A DNA stretch of 64,000 bases from an uncultured Dokdonella sp. (GTDB lineage Bacteria > Pseudomonadota > Gammaproteobacteria > Xanthomonadales > Rhodanobacteraceae): NCBI GenBank assembly GCA_964390215.1, contig CAYMHF010000006.1, forward strand, positions 2,509 through 66,508. Reading direction: 5' to 3'. Below are positions 8,855 through 17,929 of this stretch, piece after piece; the stretch's first letter is position 1, and each line of letters starts with the position of its first letter. The notes beneath the pieces were generated by a model, which had not been told where the DNA came from, did not search any database, and worked only from the letters and a program-made list of their open reading frames with translations. The position numbers and the translations under genes were made by a program.

Positions 8855-9688
8855 TCAGTAGCCGCTGCCTGCACCCGGGCGCTCGCGCAGCATCTTGAAG
8901 CGGGAGAATCCCAGGGCGCCGAGCTGGTCGAGATCGAAGTCGATCATGCCGATTGCCTCGCGCGCCTTGAACGGCACCGAACACAGCAACTTCGCGGGAC
9001 TTCCGATCTTGTTTGCCTTGGACACCGAGGGGTAGCAGATCTTGGACGGGCAGGTCAGCGCGCAGCCGGCGTTGGCAAACAGGGTGATGCGCGACTTGTC
9101 GCCGATTGCGCGCAGAAACTCCTCATCCTGGTTGATGCGCATTGGCAGCACGATGGTGTCGTACAGCTCCATCGCGCGGTCGATTTTCTCGTGGCTGTCG
9201 ATCTCCTTGATGACGCTGGCCTCGATGCGGTAGTGCGGAAAATCGCGCCGGATCCAGCGCGCGAGCTTGTCGTTGGTGACGATGACCGCGTTGCCTGGCA
9301 GGTGGTACTTTTCGAACATCCAGGCATAGCTGGCGTATTCGTCCTCATCCACGGTGTGGTTGGTCAGCGGGATACGCACGCCAATGTGGTGCGCGTACAT
9401 CGCCTGCACATCGGCATCGGTAAGTTGAGGGACGCGAAAGAAACGTCCGCCATACAGCGTGCAGCGCTCGACGAAACCAAACAGGCTGTCCACCTGCGCC
9501 AGCGGCATGCTCGGATACGAAGTGCGCAGGAATGCCATTACCGGCAGCTCAGTCGGTTTGCCGCGCACCGACAGCGTGAAGTCGAAATGAGGCTGATAGC
9601 GCACGCCTGCAGCCGGCGAACGAGCCAGGGCAGGGCCGGTGTGGATCGTCGGCCCGGGCGGGACGAGCTTCGGCGTGTTGGCGTTCAT
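8855..9688 (-). CDS. Peptidase U32-like putative Fe-S protein (277 aa)
   Basis: YGGR near N-terminus, NAVIVTNDKLARWIRRDFP, ANAGCALTC...C...C cysteine cluster, GFSRFKM; ATG 9688. Confidence 0.7.
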   Translation of the reverse strand: MNANTPKLVPPGPTIHTGPALARSPAAGVRYQPHFDFTLSVRGKPTELPVMAFLRTSYPSMPLAQVDSLFGFVERCTLYGGRFFRVPQLTDADVQAMYAHHIGVRIPLTNHTVDEDEYASYAWMFEKYHLPGNAVIVTNDKLARWIRRDFPHYRIEASVIKEIDSHEKIDRAMELYDTIVLPMRINQDEEFLRAIGDKSRITLFANAGCALTCPSKICYPSVSKANKIGSPAKLLCSVPFKAREAIGMIDFDLDQLGALGFSRFKMLRERPGAGSGY

Positions 9689-9760
9689 CGAGGTACCGCG
9701 AGGCGATCGGGGGCGGGCAATCGGTGACGGCGAGTCTGCATCGCCGGCACTGGCCCGGCC

Positions 9761-9774
9761 TTGATCGAGGTCAA
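9761..9774. promoter_or_regulatory. FNR/Anr-type box upstream of the U32-like gene
   Basis: TTGAT-CGAG-GTCAA, extended palindrome CCTTGA...TCAAGG, 73 bp upstream of ATG 9688. Confidence 0.75.
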
Positions 9775-10041
9775 GGCGCACAACTCCCGCGCGTTGGGAA
9801 CCCGCGGGTCGCCCAACCCGGACATTTTGCTGCTGCCATGTGGATGCGGGGCGGAATACTTGTCTCCGGGGTTTTGGTCTCGGCACAAGCCGGGTTGTCG
9901 GTCATGTGGGACATTTCGCAACGCGGATAGCGGCTGATCAAGGAACACTGCTCAGAGTACGCGTTGATGCGCCTGGAAAATCGGCTCCAGCTTTGGTTCC
10001 CGTGATTCGAGTGACACGGCACACGGTCGGGAATGCTGGTT

Positions 10042-10437
10042 TCAGGTCAACCAGGCTTCAAGGCCCTTGAGCGCCGCGGCCTGCGGGTATTCGAGCTTGC
10101 CTTTCGCATCGTGCCGGCAGCCTTCATAGGCAACCACCAGTTCGCCGAACGGATCGTCGATTTCTTCGGTTTCCTCGATAACCAGTTCCAGATCTTCGAG
10201 TGCTTCGTCGAGGTCGTTGACCTCGAGCGGCATGCGCAGGATCAACAGCCAGGTGATGAAGCTGGCCTCGGGTGTCTCTGTGCGTGCGACGGTGATCGCT
10301 GCGTCAAGCTGTGCTGAACGCCTTGCAAAATGAGCGCGCGCGGACGCTTCGGACTCAAACAAGTTGATCGATTCTCCTTGTGATTGCATGTCGCCGGTTT
10401 CGACGTTTTCGAAACTGGAGATGACGATGTGATTCAT
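10042..10437 (-). CDS. Acidic hypothetical protein (131 aa)
   Basis: GGAG before ATG 10437; MNHIVISSFENVETGD; coding-like composition. Confidence 0.75.
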   Translation of the reverse strand: MNHIVISSFENVETGDMQSQGESINLFESEASARAHFARRSAQLDAAITVARTETPEASFITWLLILRMPLEVNDLDEALEDLELVIEETEEIDDPFGELVVAYEGCRHDAKGKLEYPQAAALKGLEAWLT

Positions 10438-10513
10438 GGGGTGCTCCGTGGGTGTTCGGTGGCGCGAAGGGCGGAGTTGCAATGCGGCCATATTCCGCCT
10501 GGGATCATGCGCG

Positions 10514-11356
10514 TCAACGGCGTGTCGCCAGCACGCCGTCGAGGGCAAGCTGGGCTTTGAAGCCTGCATTTTCCAGGCGCTTGCTGACCTCGCGCGGCAC
10601 ATCGCGTCCGCTGGTCAGCTTGTTCGGGCTGCCGGTGTAGTGGAACAGCTTGCCGCCGCGACGCAGGACGCGCGCGAGCTGATCGTAGAAGGCCAGCGAA
10701 TAGAGTTCGCCGGCGATGCCGAATCGGGGTGGATCATGCAGCAGGGCATCGACCGATGCATCGGCAATGCCGGCAATCGCTGCGGACACGTCGGCATGGT
10801 CGAGATACAGTCGGCCGCTGTTGGCGGGTGAATCCGGATCGGGTGACCATGGATTGAGCGTGCGCAGCCAAAGCACGTCGGCATTCTTCTCGTATGAGTC
10901 GATCCGGGCGACGCCGGCTTCGAGGCAACAGGCCGCGAAGTAGCCGAGTCCGCCACAGGTATCGAGCACGCGCTTTCCGCGTGGATCGATCAGGGCCACC
11001 TTGCGCCGCGCATCCTCGAATGGTGATTGCTTCGAGGTCGGCAGCATCTTGATGCCGTCGATCTCGAACGTTGGCGCGCCCCATTCGGTCGGCACGAGTT
11101 TGATCAGCGAACCGGAAAACCGCGACACCGCGACAAACCCATCGGCGTCGCAGTAATAGATGGTTCGATCCTTCAGCTTGCCGGGATACGGTTGTTGCTG
11201 GCCTTGCCAGCTCCAGTAATCCTCGGCCAGGCGCGCGGATGTGGTCGACATTCCGAGATCGAGCGAACCGCTCCATTCCGACGCACCGGAATCGCGCGCC
11301 GCCAGCAATGATTCGCCCACGGCGCAAACGAGCAGCGGACCGGTATAACGAGGCAC
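10514..11356 (-). CDS. SAM-dependent methyltransferase (COG2521-like)
   Basis: PTFEIDGIKM, VLDTCGGLGY, LLHDPPRF; GGAG before GTG 11356. Confidence 0.85.
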   Translation of the reverse strand: MPRYTGPLLVCAVGESLLAARDSGASEWSGSLDLGMSTTSARLAEDYWSWQGQQQPYPGKLKDRTIYYCDADGFVAVSRFSGSLIKLVPTEWGAPTFEIDGIKMLPTSKQSPFEDARRKVALIDPRGKRVLDTCGGLGYFAACCLEAGVARIDSYEKNADVLWLRTLNPWSPDPDSPANSGRLYLDHADVSAAIAGIADASVDALLHDPPRFGIAGELYSLAFYDQLARVLRRGGKLFHYTGSPNKLTSGRDVPREVSKRLENAGFKAQLALDGVLATRR

Positions 11357-11524
11357 GTCGGACAATCTCCTGCAGCGACCAAGGCAAGCGTGATGCATCA
11401 AAGCGCGGCATCGTAACCCAGCCCGAAGCGATCGCGGATCATCGCGTGATTGATCTCTGACGAAATCGCGGGGATCCTTGGTCGGTACTCAAGCAGCATG
11501 ATGCAACGTCCGCGGAGATTTCCA

Positions 11525-12697
11525 ATGTCTGAAATCCGTCCCCGATTCCTGCAGCCCGCGTCGGTATCGGATTACCGCGAGCTGGCACGCCGCCGTTTGC
11601 CACGGCAGTTGTTCGACTATGTCGATGGCGGTGCCTACGATGAATGCAGCTTGCGCGCGAACGTGGCGGATCTGCAGCGCGTGCGCTTGCGCCAGCGCGT
11701 CCTGCGCGATGTGTCGAACATCGATCTGCGTACCGAGCTGATCGGCCAAGCCATGCAATTGCCTGTGGTGCTCGGGCCGGTTGGCCTAGCTGGCATGTTC
11801 GCGCGGCGTGGCGAGGTGCAGGCGGCAAGGGCGGCCAGGGATGCCGGCATCGCGTTCTGCGAATCAACCGTTTCAATCTGTTCGATGGACGAGGTTCACG
11901 CGGCGGTCGGATCAGCGTTCTGGTATCAGCTTTATGTGCTGCGCGATCGCGGCTATGCCCGCGAATTGCTCCGGCGCGCGCAATCGCTCGGCTGCGAAGT
12001 GCTGATGTTCACCGTCGATCTGGCCGTGATGGGTGCGCGCTATCGCGATACGCGCAACGGCATGAGCGGGGGCAACAATGCCCGGGCCCGCATGGTCCGC
12101 GCCTGGGATCTGCTTTCGCACCCGCGTTGGCTGGTCGATGTCGGCCTGCGCGGCAAGCCGCTGGTATTCGGAAACCTGCACGGCGCCTTGCCCGAGGCGC
12201 AGGATCTGGCCGAGTTCCGCAGCTGGGTCGATGCGCAGTTTGATCCGTCGGTGCGCTGGCAGGATCTCGACTGGCTGCGCGAGAACTGGTCCGGGAAGAT
12301 CGTCATCAAGGGCGTACTCGATGTCGAGGACGCACGCACGGCGGCCGACATGGGTTTCGATGGTCTCGTTGTCTCCAATCACGGCGGCCGTCAGCTCGAT
12401 GGCGTGGCGTCGACGATTTCGGTTCTGCCGGAGATTGCCGCTGCCGTTGACGGTCGCATGCAGATCCTGTTCGACGGCGGCATCCGCAGCGGGCTCGACG
12501 TGGTCAAGGCGCTCGCGCTCGGTGCCGATGGTTGTTTGCTGGGCCGCGCCTGGGCCTACGCGCTTGCAGCCGGTGGCGAAGCCGGCGTTGCGCACATGCT
12601 GGATATCCTGCGCAAGGAAATGCAGGTCGCCATGGCCCTGACCGGTTGCACGCGTCTGTCGGACTTGCGCGAATCGAAGGTCATCCATTCGATGTAA
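11525..12697 (+). CDS. lldD: FMN-dependent L-lactate dehydrogenase / alpha-hydroxy acid oxidase
   Basis: FDYVDGGA, SNHGGRQLD, DGGIRSGLDVVKALALGA. Confidence 0.88.
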   Translation: MSEIRPRFLQPASVSDYRELARRRLPRQLFDYVDGGAYDECSLRANVADLQRVRLRQRVLRDVSNIDLRTELIGQAMQLPVVLGPVGLAGMFARRGEVQAARAARDAGIAFCESTVSICSMDEVHAAVGSAFWYQLYVLRDRGYARELLRRAQSLGCEVLMFTVDLAVMGARYRDTRNGMSGGNNARARMVRAWDLLSHPRWLVDVGLRGKPLVFGNLHGALPEAQDLAEFRSWVDAQFDPSVRWQDLDWLRENWSGKIVIKGVLDVEDARTAADMGFDGLVVSNHGGRQLDGVASTISVLPEIAAAVDGRMQILFDGGIRSGLDVVKALALGADGCLLGRAWAYALAAGGEAGVAHMLDILRKEMQVAMALTGCTRLSDLRESKVIHSM

Positions 12698-12813
12698 TTT
12701 CTGCGTGGTTGAGCCGGGAACATCCGCCCGCCCTTGCGCTTTGTGTCATGACATCCGGGCGCGGAATACAAAGAGCGGCTAAAATGGTCGCTCCCACAAA
12801 TCGCAGAAGTCCG

Positions 12814-13155
12814 ATGTCCGATATTCCCGCGTGCCCCGTTTGCTCGATGGAAAACACCTATCCCGATGCGGAGAACTACGTCTGTGCCGATTGCGGACAT
12901 GAGTGGCTGATCGCCGCCGTTGAAGCGTCGGGTGATGACGATTCGGTGGTCATCAAGGATTCCAATGGCAATGTGCTTGCCGACGGCGATGATGTCGTGC
13001 TGATCAAGGATCTCAAGGTGCGCGGTTCATCACAGGTGATCAAGCAGGGCACCAAGGTGCGCGGCATCCGCGTGGTGGGTGGCGATCACGATGTGGAAGG
13101 CAAGGTCAACGGTGGCGCGATGATGCTGAAATCGGAATTTCTGAAGAAAGTCTGA
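12814..13155 (+). CDS. yjdM: Zinc-ribbon protein YjdM/PhnA
   Basis: CPVC...CADCGHEW, KDSNGNVLADGD, IKDLKVRG, LKSEFLKK. Confidence 0.9.
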   Translation: MSDIPACPVCSMENTYPDAENYVCADCGHEWLIAAVEASGDDDSVVIKDSNGNVLADGDDVVLIKDLKVRGSSQVIKQGTKVRGIRVVGGDHDVEGKVNGGAMMLKSEFLKKV

Positions 13156-13286
13156 CAAGCCGGATGCTGGCGGCTGGCGATCTCTCGTGTGGATCGATCA
13201 CGCCAAGCGAAGGTCATTCCGTTGTCGTGTCATGTTGTGCGCCAGCGGTGACAATGACGTCACATGGCGCAACGTGGAGGCAACCT

Positions 13287-14441
13287 ATGAACCCATCAAT
13301 CCATGCATTCGGCTCCGGCCTGATCGTGCTTGGCAGTCTGCTTGCTGCAATCGCAGCACCCGCCTATTCAAGGGATTTGCCGCTGATCGAGAGACTGCGT
13401 GTGCCGGCGGGCTTCCGGGTCGCGATCTATTCGGCCGATGTGCCGAATGCGCGGGCACTTGCGATCGGGGCGAACGGCACGGTTTTTGTCGGCTCGCGCA
13501 GCGCGGGCAAGGTCTATGCGTTGACCGATGTCGATCATGACGGGCGTGCGGACAAGGTGCGCGTGATCGCGAATGGTCTGAACATGCCAGTTGGTGTTGC
13601 CTTCCGAGATGGCGATCTGTATGTATCGGCGGTCAGCCAGATGCTGGTCCTGCGCGACATCGAAAATCGACTTGAGCATCCGCCGAAAGCCGAGGTCGTG
13701 GTCTCCGACCTGCCGACCGAGACCCATCACGGCTGGAAGTTCATCGCGTTCGGCCCCGATGGCAAGCTCTACGTGCCCATCGGTGCGCCGTGCAATATCT
13801 GCGATCGTGACGGCTACGCGAAGATCCTGCGCATGAATGCGGATGGCAGTGGGCGCGAGGATGTCGCCTTCGGCATTCGCAACACGGTCGGCTTCGATTG
13901 GCAACCGGCCACAAGACAACTCTGGTTCACCGACAACGGCCGCGACATGCTCGGCGACGAGTTGCCGTCCGACGAACTCAACCAGGTCATCCGCAGGGGT
14001 GAGCATTTCGGTTTTCCGTATTGCCATCAGGGCGATACGCTGGATCCGGAATTCGGCAAGGGCAGGGACTGCGCGGACTACACCCCTCCCGTGCTCAAGC
14101 TCGGGGCACATGTCGCCGCGCTCGGCATGCGTTTCTACGCCGGCACGATGTTCCCCTCCGCGTATCGCGGCGCGGCAATAATTGCCGAACATGGTTCGTG
14201 GAATCGTTCGAAGAAATCCGGCTATCGGGTGATGGCGGCGCGAATCGACGGCTCCCGCGTTATCGGCTATGAGCCGCTGATCGAAGGATTCATGGCGGAT
14301 GAGAAGAGTTGGGGTCGACCCGTCGACGTACTGGTCATGCCAGACGGCGCACTGCTTGTCTCCGACGATCAGGCCGGCGCGGTGTATCGGCTGAGTTATT
14401 CCAGCAAACCTGCCAACGGCGGCGTCAAGCCGACTCGGTAA
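13287..14441 (+). CDS. Sorbosone/PQQ-dependent sugar dehydrogenase family protein
   Basis: Signal peptide; HHGWKFIAFGPDGKLY, GAPCNIC, GIRNTVG, EHGSWNR, GRPVDV. Confidence 0.9.
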   Translation: MNPSIHAFGSGLIVLGSLLAAIAAPAYSRDLPLIERLRVPAGFRVAIYSADVPNARALAIGANGTVFVGSRSAGKVYALTDVDHDGRADKVRVIANGLNMPVGVAFRDGDLYVSAVSQMLVLRDIENRLEHPPKAEVVVSDLPTETHHGWKFIAFGPDGKLYVPIGAPCNICDRDGYAKILRMNADGSGREDVAFGIRNTVGFDWQPATRQLWFTDNGRDMLGDELPSDELNQVIRRGEHFGFPYCHQGDTLDPEFGKGRDCADYTPPVLKLGAHVAALGMRFYAGTMFPSAYRGAAIIAEHGSWNRSKKSGYRVMAARIDGSRVIGYEPLIEGFMADEKSWGRPVDVLVMPDGALLVSDDQAGAVYRLSYSSKPANGGVKPTR

Positions 14442-14521
14442 ACTGCGCAAGCGGCGCAGTGCCGAAACCTGCCGATGAAACATCACCCGGCGAGTCGGGA
14501 ATCGTGGCGAGGCGAGCGGCC

Positions 14522-14535
14522 TTGATCGCATTCAA
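14522..14535. promoter_or_regulatory. Possible FNR-type box
   Basis: TTGAT-CGCA-TTCAA (9/10), about 170 bp upstream of the DUF1345 gene. Confidence 0.35.
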
Positions 14536-14707
14536 AGCCAAGCTTGCAAGGATCAGGAGCAAGGCGGATTGCTTGGTTCAATCTTCCTGTATCCGCAAAC
14601 TGGCACCAGCGCCACAAGGGAACCTGGCAAGTCGGGAGAAGAAAGCTGGGCCGAAGTGCCGCACCGGGTATGATCGACACACCTGTTTCCAGTCAGGATT
14701 AATCCGT

Positions 14708-15388
14708 ATGACGATACCGGAATCCGGAGAATCCAGCGGCCGCGCGCCGAACAGGCGTTGGCGTCTGATGCGCCGACATCCGCGCCTGAGCGCATGCGCG
14801 GTGATTTTTGTCGTGCTCCTGAGCGCCTTTGTGCTGGGTGGCATTCGACCCGTGCTCGGCATCCTGCTTGCGTTCGATATTGCTGCCGTGATCTTTCTCG
14901 GCGCGACCCTGCACATGATCGTTCGCGCCGAAACCCAATCGATGCGGCGACGCGCGCGCAAGGAGGATGAGAGCTATTGGAGCTTCCTGATCAGCGGCGC
15001 GGCGGTCGCTGCCGTCGCGCTGATCGCCCTGGCCATCGAGCTGCATGCGAGCCGCAGCGGCGGCATGATCGAAGTTGTGCTGGCCGCCTGCAGCCTGCTG
15101 TTGACCTGGATGTTCCTCAACACACTTTTCGCGCTGCATTACGCGCATGAGTATTACGGCGACGGCAGTGGCAAGAACAGTGGACTCGAATTCCCGGGCA
15201 CGAAGGAACCGGACTACTGGGATTTCATCTATTTCGCCTTCGTCATCGGCATGACCTTTCAGGTTTCTGATGTGCAGATCAGCGAGCGCAGCATCCGCCG
15301 CGTGGCACTGGCCCACGCCGTGATCGCCTTCTTCTTCAATGTCATCATCATCGCGCTGAGTGTCAACGTGCTCGCCAGCAGCGCGTAA
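14708..15388 (+). CDS. DUF1345 membrane protein
   Basis: FALHYAHEYY, FPGTKEPDYWDFIYFAFVIGMTFQVSDV. Confidence 0.9.
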   Translation: MTIPESGESSGRAPNRRWRLMRRHPRLSACAVIFVVLLSAFVLGGIRPVLGILLAFDIAAVIFLGATLHMIVRAETQSMRRRARKEDESYWSFLISGAAVAAVALIALAIELHASRSGGMIEVVLAACSLLLTWMFLNTLFALHYAHEYYGDGSGKNSGLEFPGTKEPDYWDFIYFAFVIGMTFQVSDVQISERSIRRVALAHAVIAFFFNVIIIALSVNVLASSA

Positions 15389-15391
15389 GCG

Positions 15392-15409
15392 ATGCCGCAA
15401 CGGCGGCAT
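15392..15409 (+). terminator. Hairpin after the DUF1345 gene
   Basis: ATGCCGC-AACG-GCGGCAT; no clear U-tract. Confidence 0.4.
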
Positions 15410-15668
15410 GCAGGGATGTGATACCTGATTGTGGCGGCTGGAAGAAGAAATGCCGGCAACTTCGTTCCGGTCTCCTGCGCCTGTCGGGCTGATCACTCGC
15501 TCACGTGTCAGGCCCTGCTGTGCCGATGTACACGCCGGAATCCCCTTCGCGGGTTTCACGTTGTGGACGTCGCAGGTGCATGCCACGGTTGATTGGCTGA
15601 CCCGGATATTCGATTTTCATGGTAGAAAGTGCCAGGCGACCGTCGTCGCAACCGGGGAAGCGCAACGC

Positions 15669-16043
15669 ATGTTCTGTCCGAAATGTGGTTCAGAGAATAC
15701 CGATACCGCTGTCCATTGCATTCGCTGCGGCACGGCGATGCCAAAGATCGAGCGGGAGTACGGACTCGGCGCGTCGGCGCCTGCGTCGCAACGCGTGGCG
15801 GTCAGCAACAATCTGGTCTGGGCCATCCTTGCAACCTTGTTCTGCTGCCTGCCGACCGGCATCGTCGCGATCGTCTACGCCGCCCAGGTCGACAGCAAGC
15901 TCGGTGCCGGTGACGTCGCCGGTGCCCAGGCTTCCTCGCGCAGTGCGGCGACTTGGAGCTGGGTCTCGTTTGGCATCGGTGTGCTGTTTGTCGTTGGTTA
16001 TGTCGCACTGGTGATTGTCGGTGCGACCCTGGGTCATCGATAG
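15669..16043 (+). CDS. Zinc-ribbon plus CD225/dispanin protein
   Basis: MFCPKCG...CIRCG; NNLVWAILATLFCCLPTGIVAIVYAAQV. Confidence 0.92.
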   Translation: MFCPKCGSENTDTAVHCIRCGTAMPKIEREYGLGASAPASQRVAVSNNLVWAILATLFCCLPTGIVAIVYAAQVDSKLGAGDVAGAQASSRSAATWSWVSFGIGVLFVVGYVALVIVGATLGHR

Positions 16044-16072
16044 CTCGGAAATCGACGGCGTTGCACGTTCGC

Positions 16073-16480
16073 ATGATCAGCCAGACCTGCCTGCGGCATC
16101 CCCGCTGGCCGGCGATTGTGCTTGCCGTGGTGGCTTTGGTCATCGCCGGAATCCTGCTCCTGTTCGATCCGTTTTCCGCAACGAGTGTGCTGCCGCCGTG
16201 TTTCTTTCACGCGCTGACCCATCTGTATTGCCCGGGTTGCGGAACCACACGGGCGCTGCATGCGCTGCTGCATGGGAATCTCATGCTGGCGATGCAAATG
16301 AACCCGCTGGCCGTTGTCGCGCTTGCGCTGCTTCCATTGATACTTTGGAACAGTCCGAATCCGCATCGGGCATGGATAACCAGAGTGTCGGATGCACGAC
16401 TTTGGCTACCGCTGATCGTTGCCTTTGCCGTTTTGCGCAATCTGCCGTGGGAGCCATTCGTCTGGTTGGCGCCGGGCTAG
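16073..16480 (+). CDS. DUF2752 membrane protein
   Basis: PPCFFHALTHLYCPGCGTTRALHALLHG; terminal LRNLP. Confidence 0.9.
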   Translation: MISQTCLRHPRWPAIVLAVVALVIAGILLLFDPFSATSVLPPCFFHALTHLYCPGCGTTRALHALLHGNLMLAMQMNPLAVVALALLPLILWNSPNPHRAWITRVSDARLWLPLIVAFAVLRNLPWEPFVWLAPG

Positions 16481-16642
16481 TGTGGTGCCCCACAAATAAC
16501 GAGGCAAACTCGCTTGGTCTTCGGCCCCGATCCTGCGTTGCTGGTCGTCACCATAGCCCCACTATGCCTCTTCCTCGCGCCTTGTCTCGGAACCGAATCC
16601 GCGGCGCGATTCCACCCAGCTATTTGCGGGACACCACTCCAG
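16477..16642. mobile_element. MITE-like element (about 165 bp)
   Basis: Inverted termini 16482-16498 vs 16621-16637 (15/17); left flank CTAG contains the DUF2752 stop; right flank CCAG. Confidence 0.65.
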
Positions 16643-16883
16643 GAGATTGGAGGGGTTTTTCGACTGGTCTGCGAATTCGTGTGTGCGGCGCAAATAGCCT
16701 CTGATTCGCGACCCATGAATTCGCGAGGAGCCTGCAAAAGGCCGCTGCCAGTGCCCAGCCGGCCAAGGTCTCGTTTCAACCGGCAGTGCGCAACATGCTC
16801 ACGGATGTTTTAGGCAGTTTCGGTATTCATTGCTCGGAGACTTTCAGGTGCCGCATAATCTTTGTAATTATGGAAAGAGAATC

Positions 16884-17846
16884 ATGATGAATCCGCGAAA
16901 GCCGCGATTGAGCTTCGCATGGATCGCGGCCATCAGCCTGTTTCTTGTCGGATTGGGTATCACCGCGATTCTGACGACAATGTCGGTGTTCGCGACCGCC
17001 ACGATCGAGTTCGCCGGGCCGATGCACGACCGCATGCTGGAAGAACAGAATGGCGGTGTGCCGGTCGCCGTCGTTCGCCGCCGTACGGCGGTCATGCAAG
17101 CGCTTCAATCTCCGCAGGCAGTCGAGTGGGCGGGTGAGTATTACGAAGGTGACGGGCTCGGTGAGAATGTTGTCATGGCCATTGCGCCGGATGCGGGCGT
17201 TGCTGCGACCTGGCTGGGTTGCGTCGGCGTATACGGTTCAAACGAAGGCGATATCGATGACCTTGGCGGCGGGCGGCTCGCCTTTCGATTCAGTCGTCGC
17301 AACGGGAACGATGCCGGGATTTTGATCGGGACTTTTCCGTCGAGCGTAACTCTGGTGCGATGGGGTGCACGCCGCTACCTGCTCGCGGATGACGAGATGA
17401 TCAAGTTCGTCAATGCCATCCATCAGGGATCAGAACCAAGAAAGGAAGGCCATGGTTCTTTCCTGCTGGCCAGAGATGATGAGAAATTGCCGGCCTCAGG
17501 ACTGCCGACATTGCCGGCCGAGTATCTCGCCTATCTGCGTTCGACGCCGCTGGACGTGCGCCTGACGTCGGTTGAGCAGGTCGGCAATGTTGGACGTGCG
17601 GAGTATCCGGGGTGCAAATACCGGGTTCACTTCAACGCGCCCATCGACGAACAATTACCGATCGGTCTCGAATTTTCGGTCAAGAGTCAAGAGTATGTTT
17701 CCGAGGACTTCACCGTCGTGGCCTCGTCTGCTGGCGAGGTATCGGCGGAGGCAACATTTTTCGATGACTGCTTGACTGTGGAGGAGCGACCCACGACTGA
17801 TTGGGTGCTGACCAGTGGCGCTTATCCGGCCAAGACGTTGCGTTGA
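16884..17846 (+). CDS. Membrane-anchored hypothetical protein
   Basis: N-terminal TM; WAGEYYEGDGLG, WLGCVG, VRWGARRYLL. Confidence 0.75.
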   Translation: MMNPRKPRLSFAWIAAISLFLVGLGITAILTTMSVFATATIEFAGPMHDRMLEEQNGGVPVAVVRRRTAVMQALQSPQAVEWAGEYYEGDGLGENVVMAIAPDAGVAATWLGCVGVYGSNEGDIDDLGGGRLAFRFSRRNGNDAGILIGTFPSSVTLVRWGARRYLLADDEMIKFVNAIHQGSEPRKEGHGSFLLARDDEKLPASGLPTLPAEYLAYLRSTPLDVRLTSVEQVGNVGRAEYPGCKYRVHFNAPIDEQLPIGLEFSVKSQEYVSEDFTVVASSAGEVSAEATFFDDCLTVEERPTTDWVLTSGAYPAKTLR

Positions 17847-17929
17847 ATCAATGCGTATTGGGATGCCAGGATGCTTGCGCGCATCGTTAGCTGTTGCCTG
17901 AAGTGCGTATTGCTCGAATTCGGGTCGAA

